Source: Myxococcota bacterium (GTDB lineage: Bacteria > Myxococcota_A > UBA796 > GCA-2862545). From it: a stretch of 25,089 bases of DNA. The position numbers and the translations under genes are program-made. Under the pieces are notes generated by a model. The model did no database searches. It worked only from the letters and a program-made list of their open reading frames with translations, and had not been told where the DNA came from. Shown here piece after piece: positions 9,059-16,649 of the stretch (position 1 is the first letter of the stretch; each line of letters opens with the position of its first letter). Where the stretch lies: NCBI GenBank assembly GCA_039208735.1, contig JBCCQY010000141.1:1-25089 (forward strand), given 5' to 3'.

Positions 9059-9994
9059 CTACGAATAAGGCTGACACTCTCGACCTAAGCCTTCGACCGT
9101 CGAAGAAACGCCCCACGAGCCCTGTGCCACGCCGCTCCATCCCGCGGCGACGCCACGCTCGACGTAGATGGCGATGTTGGCGAGGAAGTCGGCCCAGCCG
9201 AGGTTGTAGTCGACCAGCATGTTCTGATCGACGCCGAAGCCCGAATGAACCAGTGTCAACCGCGTGCTGCTCTCGCTGCCGGCCATCGGCTCGATCTCGA
9301 AGCTCACCAGCGTGGGTGGGTCTCCGTGCCAGCGGTAAGTGAGCTTTCGCCCCTCCTCCCATTCCACGATGGTAGCGGGGCCGTCGGTACCCTTGGCCTC
9401 GGACTCCCAGCCAAAGGAGTATCGGCCCCCAACCGTACCGTCGCAGACGGTGCCATCCTTGGCCCAAGCGTTCCACTGGCGGATCTCGTCGGGCTCGGTG
9501 AGGGCCGCGAACACCCGAGACGCCGGCGCGGCCAGGGTCATCGCGTGGCGGATCTCGTGCGCGGGCAGACGGTCGCTCGCAAGCCGGCACTTGGCATCGC
9601 CGAGCTCGATCCAGGTCTTGAGCAGGCTGTTGTTGTAGGCCCACAGCTCGTGGACGTGACCCTCGTTGACGGGAGAGCGCTCGGGGTCGAACGTGTGGTG
9701 GGTCACGAGCCGCGTTCCCCCGTCGTGCGGCGCGAGACGGAACTCGAGCGTGCTCGTCTGCTCGCCCATCACCCAGGCGAGCCGCAGCCACTCCCCCGAG
9801 GCGAAGCCGGCCACCCGATGCTCCCCGGTCACTCCTGGCGTGACAGCCACGAGCGTGTAGCGCCCCGCATCGAGGTCGACATCGCAGGACTCGGCTAGCC
9901 AGCTCACAATCTCGTTGGACTCGACCAGGGCCCGCCAGACGCGCTCCGGCTGAGCTTCGATGAAAACGAATTGGGCCAGTTGCTTTTCAGCCAT
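9059..9994 (-). CDS. Tandem two-domain SRPBCC/AHSA1-family protein (311 aa)
   Basis: Two START-like domains: IEAQPERVWRALVE...W...GGTRLVTHH and LAAPASRVFAALTEPDEIRQW...TRLTLVHSGF...GWADFL. Start re-called at ATG 9994 with an AAGGAGG RBS; it overlaps the stop of the upstream gene (ATGGCTGA). Confidence 0.85.
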   Translation of the reverse strand: MAEKQLAQFVFIEAQPERVWRALVESNEIVSWLAESCDVDLDAGRYTLVAVTPGVTGEHRVAGFASGEWLRLAWVMGEQTSTLEFRLAPHDGGTRLVTHHTFDPERSPVNEGHVHELWAYNNSLLKTWIELGDAKCRLASDRLPAHEIRHAMTLAAPASRVFAALTEPDEIRQWNAWAKDGTVCDGTVGGRYSFGWESEAKGTDGPATIVEWEEGRKLTYRWHGDPPTLVSFEIEPMAGSESSTRLTLVHSGFGVDQNMLVDYNLGWADFLANIAIYVERGVAAGWSGVAQGSWGVSSTVEGLGRECQPYS

Positions 9995-10571
9995 CTGAGG
10001 CCTCCTTGGGGTAGCACACGAGGGTGAGAGTGAAGGGGTCGCCCGTCGTCGACTGGTAGCGGTCCACGATCGGCTGCAGAGCGGCCAGGACATCGGCTGC
10101 GAACGCTTTGCGGGCGGGCTCGTCCGCGAGATTCACCTCGACGCGGAGCCCGAGGCTCGGGACCGGCTCAGACCCGACCGTGCCGAGGAGCTTGGCCACA
10201 TCGTGCTGGACCGCCTCGGCCATGCCGAGCAGACCGTCGAGACTCAGGCGGTCGCGCTCCGCGTCTTCGTCCAGGTGAGGGTCGAGCGCGACCCTCGGCG
10301 AAAGCCACACCACTTTGCCCGCCGCCTGGTAGACCGCGCGAACGAGATTGCGGACCCGCTCTTCTCGCACCACCTGAATCAGGCCCGCCTCGAGCATCGC
10401 CTTGAGGTGGTGGTTCATCGCCTGCGAAGTCGTGGACAGCGCCTTGGCCAGCTGCGGGCACGTCATGGGCTCACGAAGCCGCTGGAGCGCCGCCACCCGA
10501 AGCGGATGGAGGAGCGCCCGGGCTTGGCTGAGCTCGTTGATGTGCAGGACGTCGGGAAGAGGCTCGCTCAT
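9987..10571 (-). CDS. ArsR/HTH_20-family transcriptional regulator with C-terminal extension (194 aa)
   Basis: ARALLHPLRVAALQRLREPMTCPQLAKALSTTSQAMNHHLKAMLEAGLIQVVREERVRNLVRAVYQA is an ArsR-type winged helix. Start re-called at MSEPL (10571). ArsR-SRPBCC pairing is common. Confidence 0.85.
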   Translation of the reverse strand: MSEPLPDVLHINELSQARALLHPLRVAALQRLREPMTCPQLAKALSTTSQAMNHHLKAMLEAGLIQVVREERVRNLVRAVYQAAGKVVWLSPRVALDPHLDEDAERDRLSLDGLLGMAEAVQHDVAKLLGTVGSEPVPSLGLRVEVNLADEPARKAFAADVLAALQPIVDRYQSTTGDPFTLTLVCYPKEASDG

Positions 10572-10606
10572 GTCAGTCCGTCTATGAGGGATCTGCTGAA
10601 CGTACA

Positions 10607-10619
10607 ATAAAATTTTTAT
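10607..10619. promoter_or_regulatory. Candidate ArsR autoregulatory operator in an AT-rich promoter patch
   Basis: Perfect 6-1-6 inverted repeat ATAAAA-T-TTTTAT, 36 nt upstream of the ArsR start, in an otherwise GC-rich sequence. Confidence 0.5.
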
Positions 10620-10726
10620 GAAAAGCACAAGCGATATGTCAGAATGCAGTATCCTTGGTGCTACTCGATGGCCCTCGACGTGCTTTGGAGTCGGCGTCGA
10701 TCCGACGGAGGTGAAGCGTCGCTCCC

Positions 10727-10866
10727 TCAAACGAACTCGGTGTCCCGCCCGCGAGTGGGTAGTGGGCTCACTCCGTTCCCCGCAAGTCCGCGTCGATGAT
10801 CCGCGCCGCCTCGCGACCCTCCGCAATCGCCCACACGATCAGGCTCTGCCCCCGTCGCGCATCACG
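10727..10866 (-). pseudogene. gltD: Orphan, frameshifted 3' end of glutamate synthase small subunit
   Basis: Minus strand 10863-10768 reads [31 protein letters not shown], the conserved GltD C-terminal GDxRRGQSL(I/V)VWAIxEGRxAA motif. A second frame at 10762-10727 continues LPTRGRDTEFV*. Nothing GltD-like is seen upstream of ~10866. This fragment is not in the ORF track. Confidence 0.85.
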
Positions 10867-11092
10867 AGCTGCGCCTCGCCGAGGAAGGCCTGCGGGGCTC
10901 AGCACGAGGCGCGCGATGCTCTCGACCCGGCCGTCCCGCGCTTGGTCAGCCAGCGTGCCCCTCGAGCTGCGGCCACACGAAGTTCCGCGGCGAGAGCGAC
11001 GGTTCGAGGAAGGGGCGGGAAGGGCAAGAAAGGTCTCGTAAGCCGCGGCCAGACCACTTTCTCTTCAGAACGCACCCCTCAAGGAGGTTCCG

Positions 11093-13117
11093 ATGAGAGC
11101 GCGCCGCCGAACCACAATCTCTGCCATCGCCAGCGGTCGCGGGTCGACCGGCTGGTCTGCCCCCGTCGTTGCCCTGGTCTTCCTCGCGGCCTGCGCGGAA
11201 GTGCCCGAGGGGCCCAGCACCGGACCCGGCCCGGTCGCCACACATCCGCCGGACGCAGACCCCGAGCCAGACCCCATCGAACCCGTCGCCGATGACCAGG
11301 AGACCTTCAGCGTTCAGATCGACCGCGATGCCGACGACCTCAAGTTCGAAATCCACGTGGAGGTCAAGCGCGCCGACACCAATACCCTCGAGCCCCTCGC
11401 CGTCCTCCCCAGCTGGCGTCCTTCGGAGGATCCCGGGCCGGAGACCGTGAGCGGCGTCGCGGCCGGAGACGTCATCTCCTTCACGGTGGCCAACGACGAC
11501 AACAACAGGATTATCCACGCGTTTCGGGTCGTCCGCCCGGGTCAGCTACACGTGCTCTCGACCGAACAAATGTTCCAGGACTCACGCCTCGACAAGCGTC
11601 GCCTCCCCAACTACAGCGCGAGCCTGTCATCCTACGACATTTTCCTACTCGACCCGCTTCGCATCGAACGATCGAAGGACTCGGGAGGGGGCGGCATGGG
11701 GGCGGTGTTCGAAGGCCTCCGCGACGAAGACACCGACTGGTATGAGTACCGGGGCCGCGAAGCGATCGGCGTCAAGGATTCGTTCGACGTCCGGTTCCAC
11801 AACGGAGGGATCGGCGAGGATGTCCAGCCCATGGTCTACTCCCACCAGGAGTTCGCCAAGAGCCTGGGAGTCAACGCGGGCTTGTCGCTCGGGGTAGCCG
11901 GCAAGGCCGGCGGCAAACTCGGCGGCAGCTTCAAGAGCATGTGGGGCGAGAGTTCGAGCCGAAAGCAGGTCTTCGCCTACGCGAAGAAGCAGGTGTCGAC
12001 CTACACGGTCGTCCTGAAGCCGGAAGACGCCAAGCTCGACAGCCGGTTCATGGATGCGGTCCGGGCCCTGCCGGTACCGGCGTCAGCACCCGCCTCGCTC
12101 GGGGCGGCCAAGGCGGACCGGGCGAAGTTCGCCGCCTACCGCACCTTCATCGACAATTGGGGCACGCACTACCCCACTGCCACCGAATACGGTGGTTACC
12201 TCTTCTACTATCACCAGTCGACGCTGGAGAAGGCGGCACGCAACCGAGGCACGCAGTTCGACATCTCCGCAGAGGTCAAGGGCAACGTCAAGGGTGTGGA
12301 CGTCGGCACGGACTGGGGCGTGAGCCACTCCGAGAGTTCCAAGGTCGAGAACGAGGATTCGGAGAGCAAGTCCGGCTACATGTTTGTCGGTGGCAGTGGA
12401 AGCCCCGATAGCTGGCAGGTGGGCGACAACCTGATGCCCATCAAGGTCGAGCTCGAGCGGCTGGACGGACTGCTGACCGCCTCCTTCTTCAAGCTCGATC
12501 CCGATGACGCCGAGGAGCCGAAGCTGGCGATCCGCCGGAAAATGCTCGCGTACGCCCTCCAGAGCTACATCGGCTCGGTCAGCGACGATGGCACGCCCCT
12601 CAAACCGAGGGTCTTCGAGATGAAGCTTACCGACTGGACGCTAAAGAAGAACCCCTGGGGCATCTCGAACGAAGAGAACATCTACGGGAAGGTGATTGGC
12701 GTCAGCCAGCATGGCAGCAAACAGCAAACCACCGTCGTGTGGTCGAGGAGCGAGCAGCCGGGCTCTCGCGTGATCGCCAAACAAGGCGACCGAGAGCGCT
12801 TCCCGAGCCGTACGCTCCGCATCGTGTTGGAACCCCGGAACGGTCGACCGCCAAACCCCAACGATGGCTCATTCGCCATCGGCGCCGAACTCCTCCAGTG
12901 GCACGCCACCGGTGCGCACACCTGCCTGGGCCAAGGAACCTTGGAAATCCCGCTCCGAGATGTGAGCAAGCTCCCGACGAATTTCAGAAAGACGTTGACC
13001 CTCGGCGGCACGAAGTGTGACAAGAAGAATTATGGAAACGCTCCCGATGGTCGGGAGATCGCGGTCAATGCCAATGTGAAGGAAATTGGGATGCAGGAAC
13101 TGGGATTCCACTTCTAG
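11093..13117 (+). CDS. MACPF (membrane attack complex/perforin) domain lipoprotein
   Basis: WGTHYPTATEYGG (12158-12196) matches the MACPF signature (Y/W)G(T/S)H(F/Y)x6GG exactly and is preceded by FMDAVRALP...YRTFIDN. Two Gly/Ser-rich alternating TMH-like segments are present. Lipobox VVALVFLAAC. AAGGAGG RBS at 11081-11087. Confidence 0.9.
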   Translation: MRARRRTTISAIASGRGSTGWSAPVVALVFLAACAEVPEGPSTGPGPVATHPPDADPEPDPIEPVADDQETFSVQIDRDADDLKFEIHVEVKRADTNTLEPLAVLPSWRPSEDPGPETVSGVAAGDVISFTVANDDNNRIIHAFRVVRPGQLHVLSTEQMFQDSRLDKRRLPNYSASLSSYDIFLLDPLRIERSKDSGGGGMGAVFEGLRDEDTDWYEYRGREAIGVKDSFDVRFHNGGIGEDVQPMVYSHQEFAKSLGVNAGLSLGVAGKAGGKLGGSFKSMWGESSSRKQVFAYAKKQVSTYTVVLKPEDAKLDSRFMDAVRALPVPASAPASLGAAKADRAKFAAYRTFIDNWGTHYPTATEYGGYLFYYHQSTLEKAARNRGTQFDISAEVKGNVKGVDVGTDWGVSHSESSKVENEDSESKSGYMFVGGSGSPDSWQVGDNLMPIKVELERLDGLLTASFFKLDPDDAEEPKLAIRRKMLAYALQSYIGSVSDDGTPLKPRVFEMKLTDWTLKKNPWGISNEENIYGKVIGVSQHGSKQQTTVVWSRSEQPGSRVIAKQGDRERFPSRTLRIVLEPRNGRPPNPNDGSFAIGAELLQWHATGAHTCLGQGTLEIPLRDVSKLPTNFRKTLTLGGTKCDKKNYGNAPDGREIAVNANVKEIGMQELGFHF

Positions 13118-13150
13118 CCGGTCTCTCGTCGCTCCACCCTGCCGTGGCCC

Positions 13151-13180
13151 GCCCGGTGAGCGAACCGCTCACCGGGCTTT
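13151..13180 (+). terminator. Intrinsic terminator-like hairpin after the MACPF gene
   Basis: Perfect 12-bp stem GCCCGGTGAGCG-AAC-CGCTCACCGGGC followed by TTT(CGT), about 33 nt after the stop codon. Confidence 0.75.
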
Positions 13181-13572
13181 CGTGCACGGACCACCCATGG
13201 GCGCACCGACGTTCGTATCAAGACATTGAGGGCAGCCAGTCACGCTCGGGAACCACGTGGCATGCGCCTGGAATGACCCGATACCGCCGCTCGCTACCTG
13301 CCTCGCGATCAAGGCGGTGAGGGCGTCGAACGACGGAAGGCCGAGAATCGGTGGCCATGTTCCTCGGTCCGCACCGCCCTCGTGCCGGGAGGTCGCTGAA
13401 CGAGGCCGCGCCAGGGGAGCGTCGTCGCAAGGTGATTTCCCGGACCGGCTTTGGAAAGACTATCGTGCCGACCGTGCCGAGGGCGCCCGATTCGCTGTCA
13501 GCGCGGACAAAAGATTCGACAGTCCGGCCGTCGAGTGCGCCAGTCCAGGTAGACCATCGACAGGAGTCTGTG

Positions 13573-14289
13573 ATGTCACGAAGCCGAGTGTTGTTCGTCG
13601 CCCTTGCTTGTATGGCTTGCGAGGGGGCCGTAGGGCCTGCGGGGGCGCGGGGACCCGAAGGCCCCGCTGGCGCGCCGGGGGTCGATGGCGTCGACGGCGC
13701 AGACGGCGCCCCGGGAGAAGATGGGATCGATGCCGGCGTCCTCTGCGAGCTGGCGGAGGGGGTCAAGGGGGAGCTGTCCATCACCAACCCCCTCATCGAA
13801 TCTTGTGATTTGCACTTCACGGTGTTCGTGTCCAGCTCCCGTCATGCAGGCGACTTCGGAGGACTGGCCGAGGGCGACGCGATCTGTCAGGCCCGGGCCA
13901 TGGAGGCGGGACTCGAAGGTCGCTACCGCGCGTGGCTCGGCAACGGGACCGTTGCTCCGCTCTTTACCTTCTACGGTGACATTCCCTACCGCCTCGTCGA
14001 CGGGACGCAGGTGTCGCTCGACACGGACGGGCTGTTCGACCGGGAGCTGGACGTCGCCATCGACCTCGACGAGACCGGGATGCGCGTCTTGGGAGAGGAG
14101 TTCGTCTGGACGGGGGTCTTCCAGGACGGGACCGAGTGGGGCCTCCACTGCGAAGGGTGGACGAGCGCCGACCCGAAGGTGCAGGGGCACAACGGCCGCA
14201 CCAACCGCTCCAATGATGACTGGACCAGCCACACGAACCGCGCCTGTGACCTCGAGCAACGGCTCTACTGCTTCGAGCAGCAGGGGTAG
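13573..14289 (+). CDS. Lipoprotein with 12 collagen Gly-X-Y triplets and a C-terminal DUF1554 (endostatin/C-type-lectin-like) domain (238 aa)
   Basis: AGGAG RBS at 13562-13566, ATG at 13573, signal MSRSRVLFVALACMAC. GAV-GPA-GAR-GPE-GPA-GAP-GVD-GVD-GAD-GAP-GED-GID at 13624-13731. VFVSS...GDFGGLAEGDAICQARA...YRAWL...VWTG...CEGWTS...C...LYCFEQ is the DUF1554 pattern. Confidence 0.85.
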   Translation: MSRSRVLFVALACMACEGAVGPAGARGPEGPAGAPGVDGVDGADGAPGEDGIDAGVLCELAEGVKGELSITNPLIESCDLHFTVFVSSSRHAGDFGGLAEGDAICQARAMEAGLEGRYRAWLGNGTVAPLFTFYGDIPYRLVDGTQVSLDTDGLFDRELDVAIDLDETGMRVLGEEFVWTGVFQDGTEWGLHCEGWTSADPKVQGHNGRTNRSNDDWTSHTNRACDLEQRLYCFEQQG

Positions 14290-14328
14290 ATCTGCGGACG
14301 CTCGCTCCGACTACCCACGCGAGGCCCT

Positions 14329-15375
14329 CTACGCGGCGCCCGCCCGCTGGACCGTCCGTGGACTCCCCGACTGGAACGCACCCGGGCTCACACCCGTCCA
14401 GCGTCGGAACGCGCGTACGAAGCTGGATACCTCGGAGAACCCAAGCAGCACCCCCACCTCGCTGACCGAGACCTTCCGTGCCCGGAGCAGGTCGCATGCC
14501 ATCCGGTCGCGCAAGCGGTCGTGGATGACCGCGAACGTCAGTCCTTCCTCCTTGAGTCGCCGGTAGAGCGTTTGCCGACTCACCCCCATTTGCCGTGCTG
14601 CGTTGTCCATCGACACGTCACCTGAGTGCATCTCGGTGAGCATCCACCTCTCGAGCTGCGCCTGCACAGAGGCCCTCTCGGCGAGCTCGGAGAGCAACTG
14701 ATCCGCGTGGCGCTGGAAGAGATCCTTTGCGTATCGGTTCACCGGAGGCAGACGGGTGCCGAGCCACGAGGGGTGGACCTGGATGGCGTTGCGCTTCGCC
14801 CCGAACCGTACCGGGGCCTGCAGGATCTCGTCGTAGGCGTTCGCGTGCTCCGGCCGTGGGTAGGTGACTTCCACTGACACCGCAAAGGGGCGGTCGGGCA
14901 GGGCGTTCCGGAACGAGACGATGATGCGGGTGAACGTGTCTTCGATCCCGGCGGGTTCCTCGTTCACATCGGGCAGGTTGTCCACGACCCACACCTGACC
15001 CCGCTCCTCCGTGAGAACGTAGCGGTCGGCCCCGTCGGCGATGTCGATGTCGGCGATGAGCCGTGTGTACCGGTTGAGCTCCTCCAACCAACTTCGGAGG
15101 GACTCGGCGTGGTCGACGATCAGTCCGACGACGGACAGGGCGTCCACCGTGGTCGCGGCCGCGTGGCGCATGACGAGCGCGCCGTCTCCGGTCAACGCGA
15201 TGCCAGTTCCGATGAGTGTTGCGTACTGCGAGATCGGAATCCGGCCGTCCGGGGACGCCAGATCGTCCGCGGTGAGATCCGCAGCGGCCAACATCCTGGC
15301 CCGATCCGCCCCGTGGCGAACCGCAAACCGCAGGAGGCTGGCGGCCAGAGAAGCCGTAAGAGTGGGCTCGGACAT
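14329..15375 (-). CDS. AraC-family transcriptional regulator (Arabinose_bd_2 N-domain, OruR/VirS-like)
   Basis: C-terminal double HTH: SMDNAARQMGVSRQTLYRRLKEEG...VSEVGVLLGFSEVSSFVRAFRRWTGVSPGAF. N-terminal DLASPDGRIP and YDEILQAPVRFGA motifs. Confidence 0.92.
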   Translation of the reverse strand: MSEPTLTASLAASLLRFAVRHGADRARMLAAADLTADDLASPDGRIPISQYATLIGTGIALTGDGALVMRHAAATTVDALSVVGLIVDHAESLRSWLEELNRYTRLIADIDIADGADRYVLTEERGQVWVVDNLPDVNEEPAGIEDTFTRIIVSFRNALPDRPFAVSVEVTYPRPEHANAYDEILQAPVRFGAKRNAIQVHPSWLGTRLPPVNRYAKDLFQRHADQLLSELAERASVQAQLERWMLTEMHSGDVSMDNAARQMGVSRQTLYRRLKEEGLTFAVIHDRLRDRMACDLLRARKVSVSEVGVLLGFSEVSSFVRAFRRWTGVSPGAFQSGSPRTVQRAGAA

Positions 15376-15388
15376 CTACGAATGGCCC

Positions 15389-15425
15389 TTGGTACGAACG
15401 GTCAGCACGTTGATGCCAGACGTCA
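15389..15425. promoter_or_regulatory. Candidate AraC-family operator: two TTG-N9-GTCA direct repeats with 21-bp period
   Basis: TTGgtacgaacgGTCA (15389-15404) and TTGatgccagacGTCA (15410-15425) lie in the 105-nt divergent intergenic region. Confidence 0.55.
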
Positions 15426-15480
15426 ATGTAGCGACCTTCGGGGGCCGGTACTTCTTGGTCATCCCCACAAGGAGTCTGCC

Positions 15481-16470
15481 ATGCGCAGCCTGCTCACCGG
15501 CCTTACTCTGCTCTCCACCGTCACGCTCGGTGGCGCGACCCTCGCGCTCGGCGGGGCGCTGGCTACACCCGTTCCGTCCACCGCCAACGCCAAAGACGTC
15601 TTCGAGTTCGCCGAGATGGAGTCGGTCGATGCGGACGCCATGCCCGACATGCAGCAGTACGTTGGGCGAGACGGCACGCCGATGCCCGTACGCATCTACC
15701 CCTCGGAAAGCGATCGCCTGGTGGTCTTCGTTCACGGGTCGTCGTACCACGGTGCTGCCTACCACCGGCTGGCGGAGCATCTGAGCAGGTCGGGCGCGGC
15801 CACGGTTGTCATGCCGAATCTGCGCGGGCACCACCTCGCAGGCCGGGACCGGGGCGACCTCGCGTACGTCGGTCAGCTTGAGGACGACCTCGCCGATCTG
15901 ATCGCGGGCCTCCGTTCGCGTGGCATGGATGGCGAGGTCGTCCTCGCGGGCCACTCGAGCGGAGGCGGCCTCGCGATCCGATTCGCAGGTGGTCCCCATG
16001 GCCAACTGGCGAATCGCGTCGCCGTGCTGGCCCCGATGATTCCCTCCTCCGCCTCCATCCGCGACGGCGACGCAGGGGGTTGGGCCCGCGTGAATCATCC
16101 CCGCTATCTGGCCCTGACCGCCCTGAATCTGGTCGGGTTCGAGGGACTCAACGCGCTGCCGGTCATCGCGTTCTCGAAGCCCGCGAGCCTGTGGGATGGC
16201 ACCGAGACGCTGGTGTACTCCTACCGGCTCAACGAGTCCTTCCACCCTCGGTACGACTACGCGTCCGACCTCGCGGCCCTGCCCGCCGGAAGCCTCGTGA
16301 TGGTCGGCGAGCACGACCAGGCGATCGACCCCACCGAGCTGGAGCGCATCGTGGGTGAGTCCGCGACGGGTACCGACGTCCGCATCCTGTCGGGTGTCGA
16401 CCACTTCGGCATCTTCCAGGATGCGGGGGTCTTCGCCACCATGGAGCGCTGGCTCGGTGAGCCCGCGTAG
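15481..16470 (+). CDS. Exported or membrane-anchored alpha/beta-fold hydrolase (329 aa)
   Basis: AAGGAG RBS at 15469-15474, hydrophobic N-terminus, oxyanion VFVHGSS, NLRGH, nucleophile elbow GHSSGG, acid in GEHDQAI, His in GVDHFGI. Confidence 0.88.
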   Translation: MRSLLTGLTLLSTVTLGGATLALGGALATPVPSTANAKDVFEFAEMESVDADAMPDMQQYVGRDGTPMPVRIYPSESDRLVVFVHGSSYHGAAYHRLAEHLSRSGAATVVMPNLRGHHLAGRDRGDLAYVGQLEDDLADLIAGLRSRGMDGEVVLAGHSSGGGLAIRFAGGPHGQLANRVAVLAPMIPSSASIRDGDAGGWARVNHPRYLALTALNLVGFEGLNALPVIAFSKPASLWDGTETLVYSYRLNESFHPRYDYASDLAALPAGSLVMVGEHDQAIDPTELERIVGESATGTDVRILSGVDHFGIFQDAGVFATMERWLGEPA

Positions 16471-16649
16471 GCGCGGCGCAAGTTCGCACGCTTCACCCTC
16501 TCCACGCCCTCAATCCGGAGTCTTCCATGTCTGTTTCCATCGCGGTAGGTGTCTGTCTGCTCGGGATTTTCGTGACGGTCTGCTTCCCGGTCGCCCGCGC
16601 GCATTGGGGTCATCTCACCCAGGTCAAGCGCTACCAGGAGGGATTGAAG

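Noticed and set aside
13181..13560. 380-nt gap between the MACPF terminator and the collagen gene as a hidden immunity gene or ncRNA
   Set aside because: No ORF with a convincing RBS or recognisable motif, and no strong structure that I can support by eye.
9995..16649. Longer ORF-track starts at 10093, 10826, 13351, 15109 and 16527
   Set aside because: The extensions overlap neighbouring genes or regulatory DNA. The downstream starts (9994, 10571, 13573, 15481, 16650) match domain boundaries, and most have a clear RBS or expose a signal peptide.
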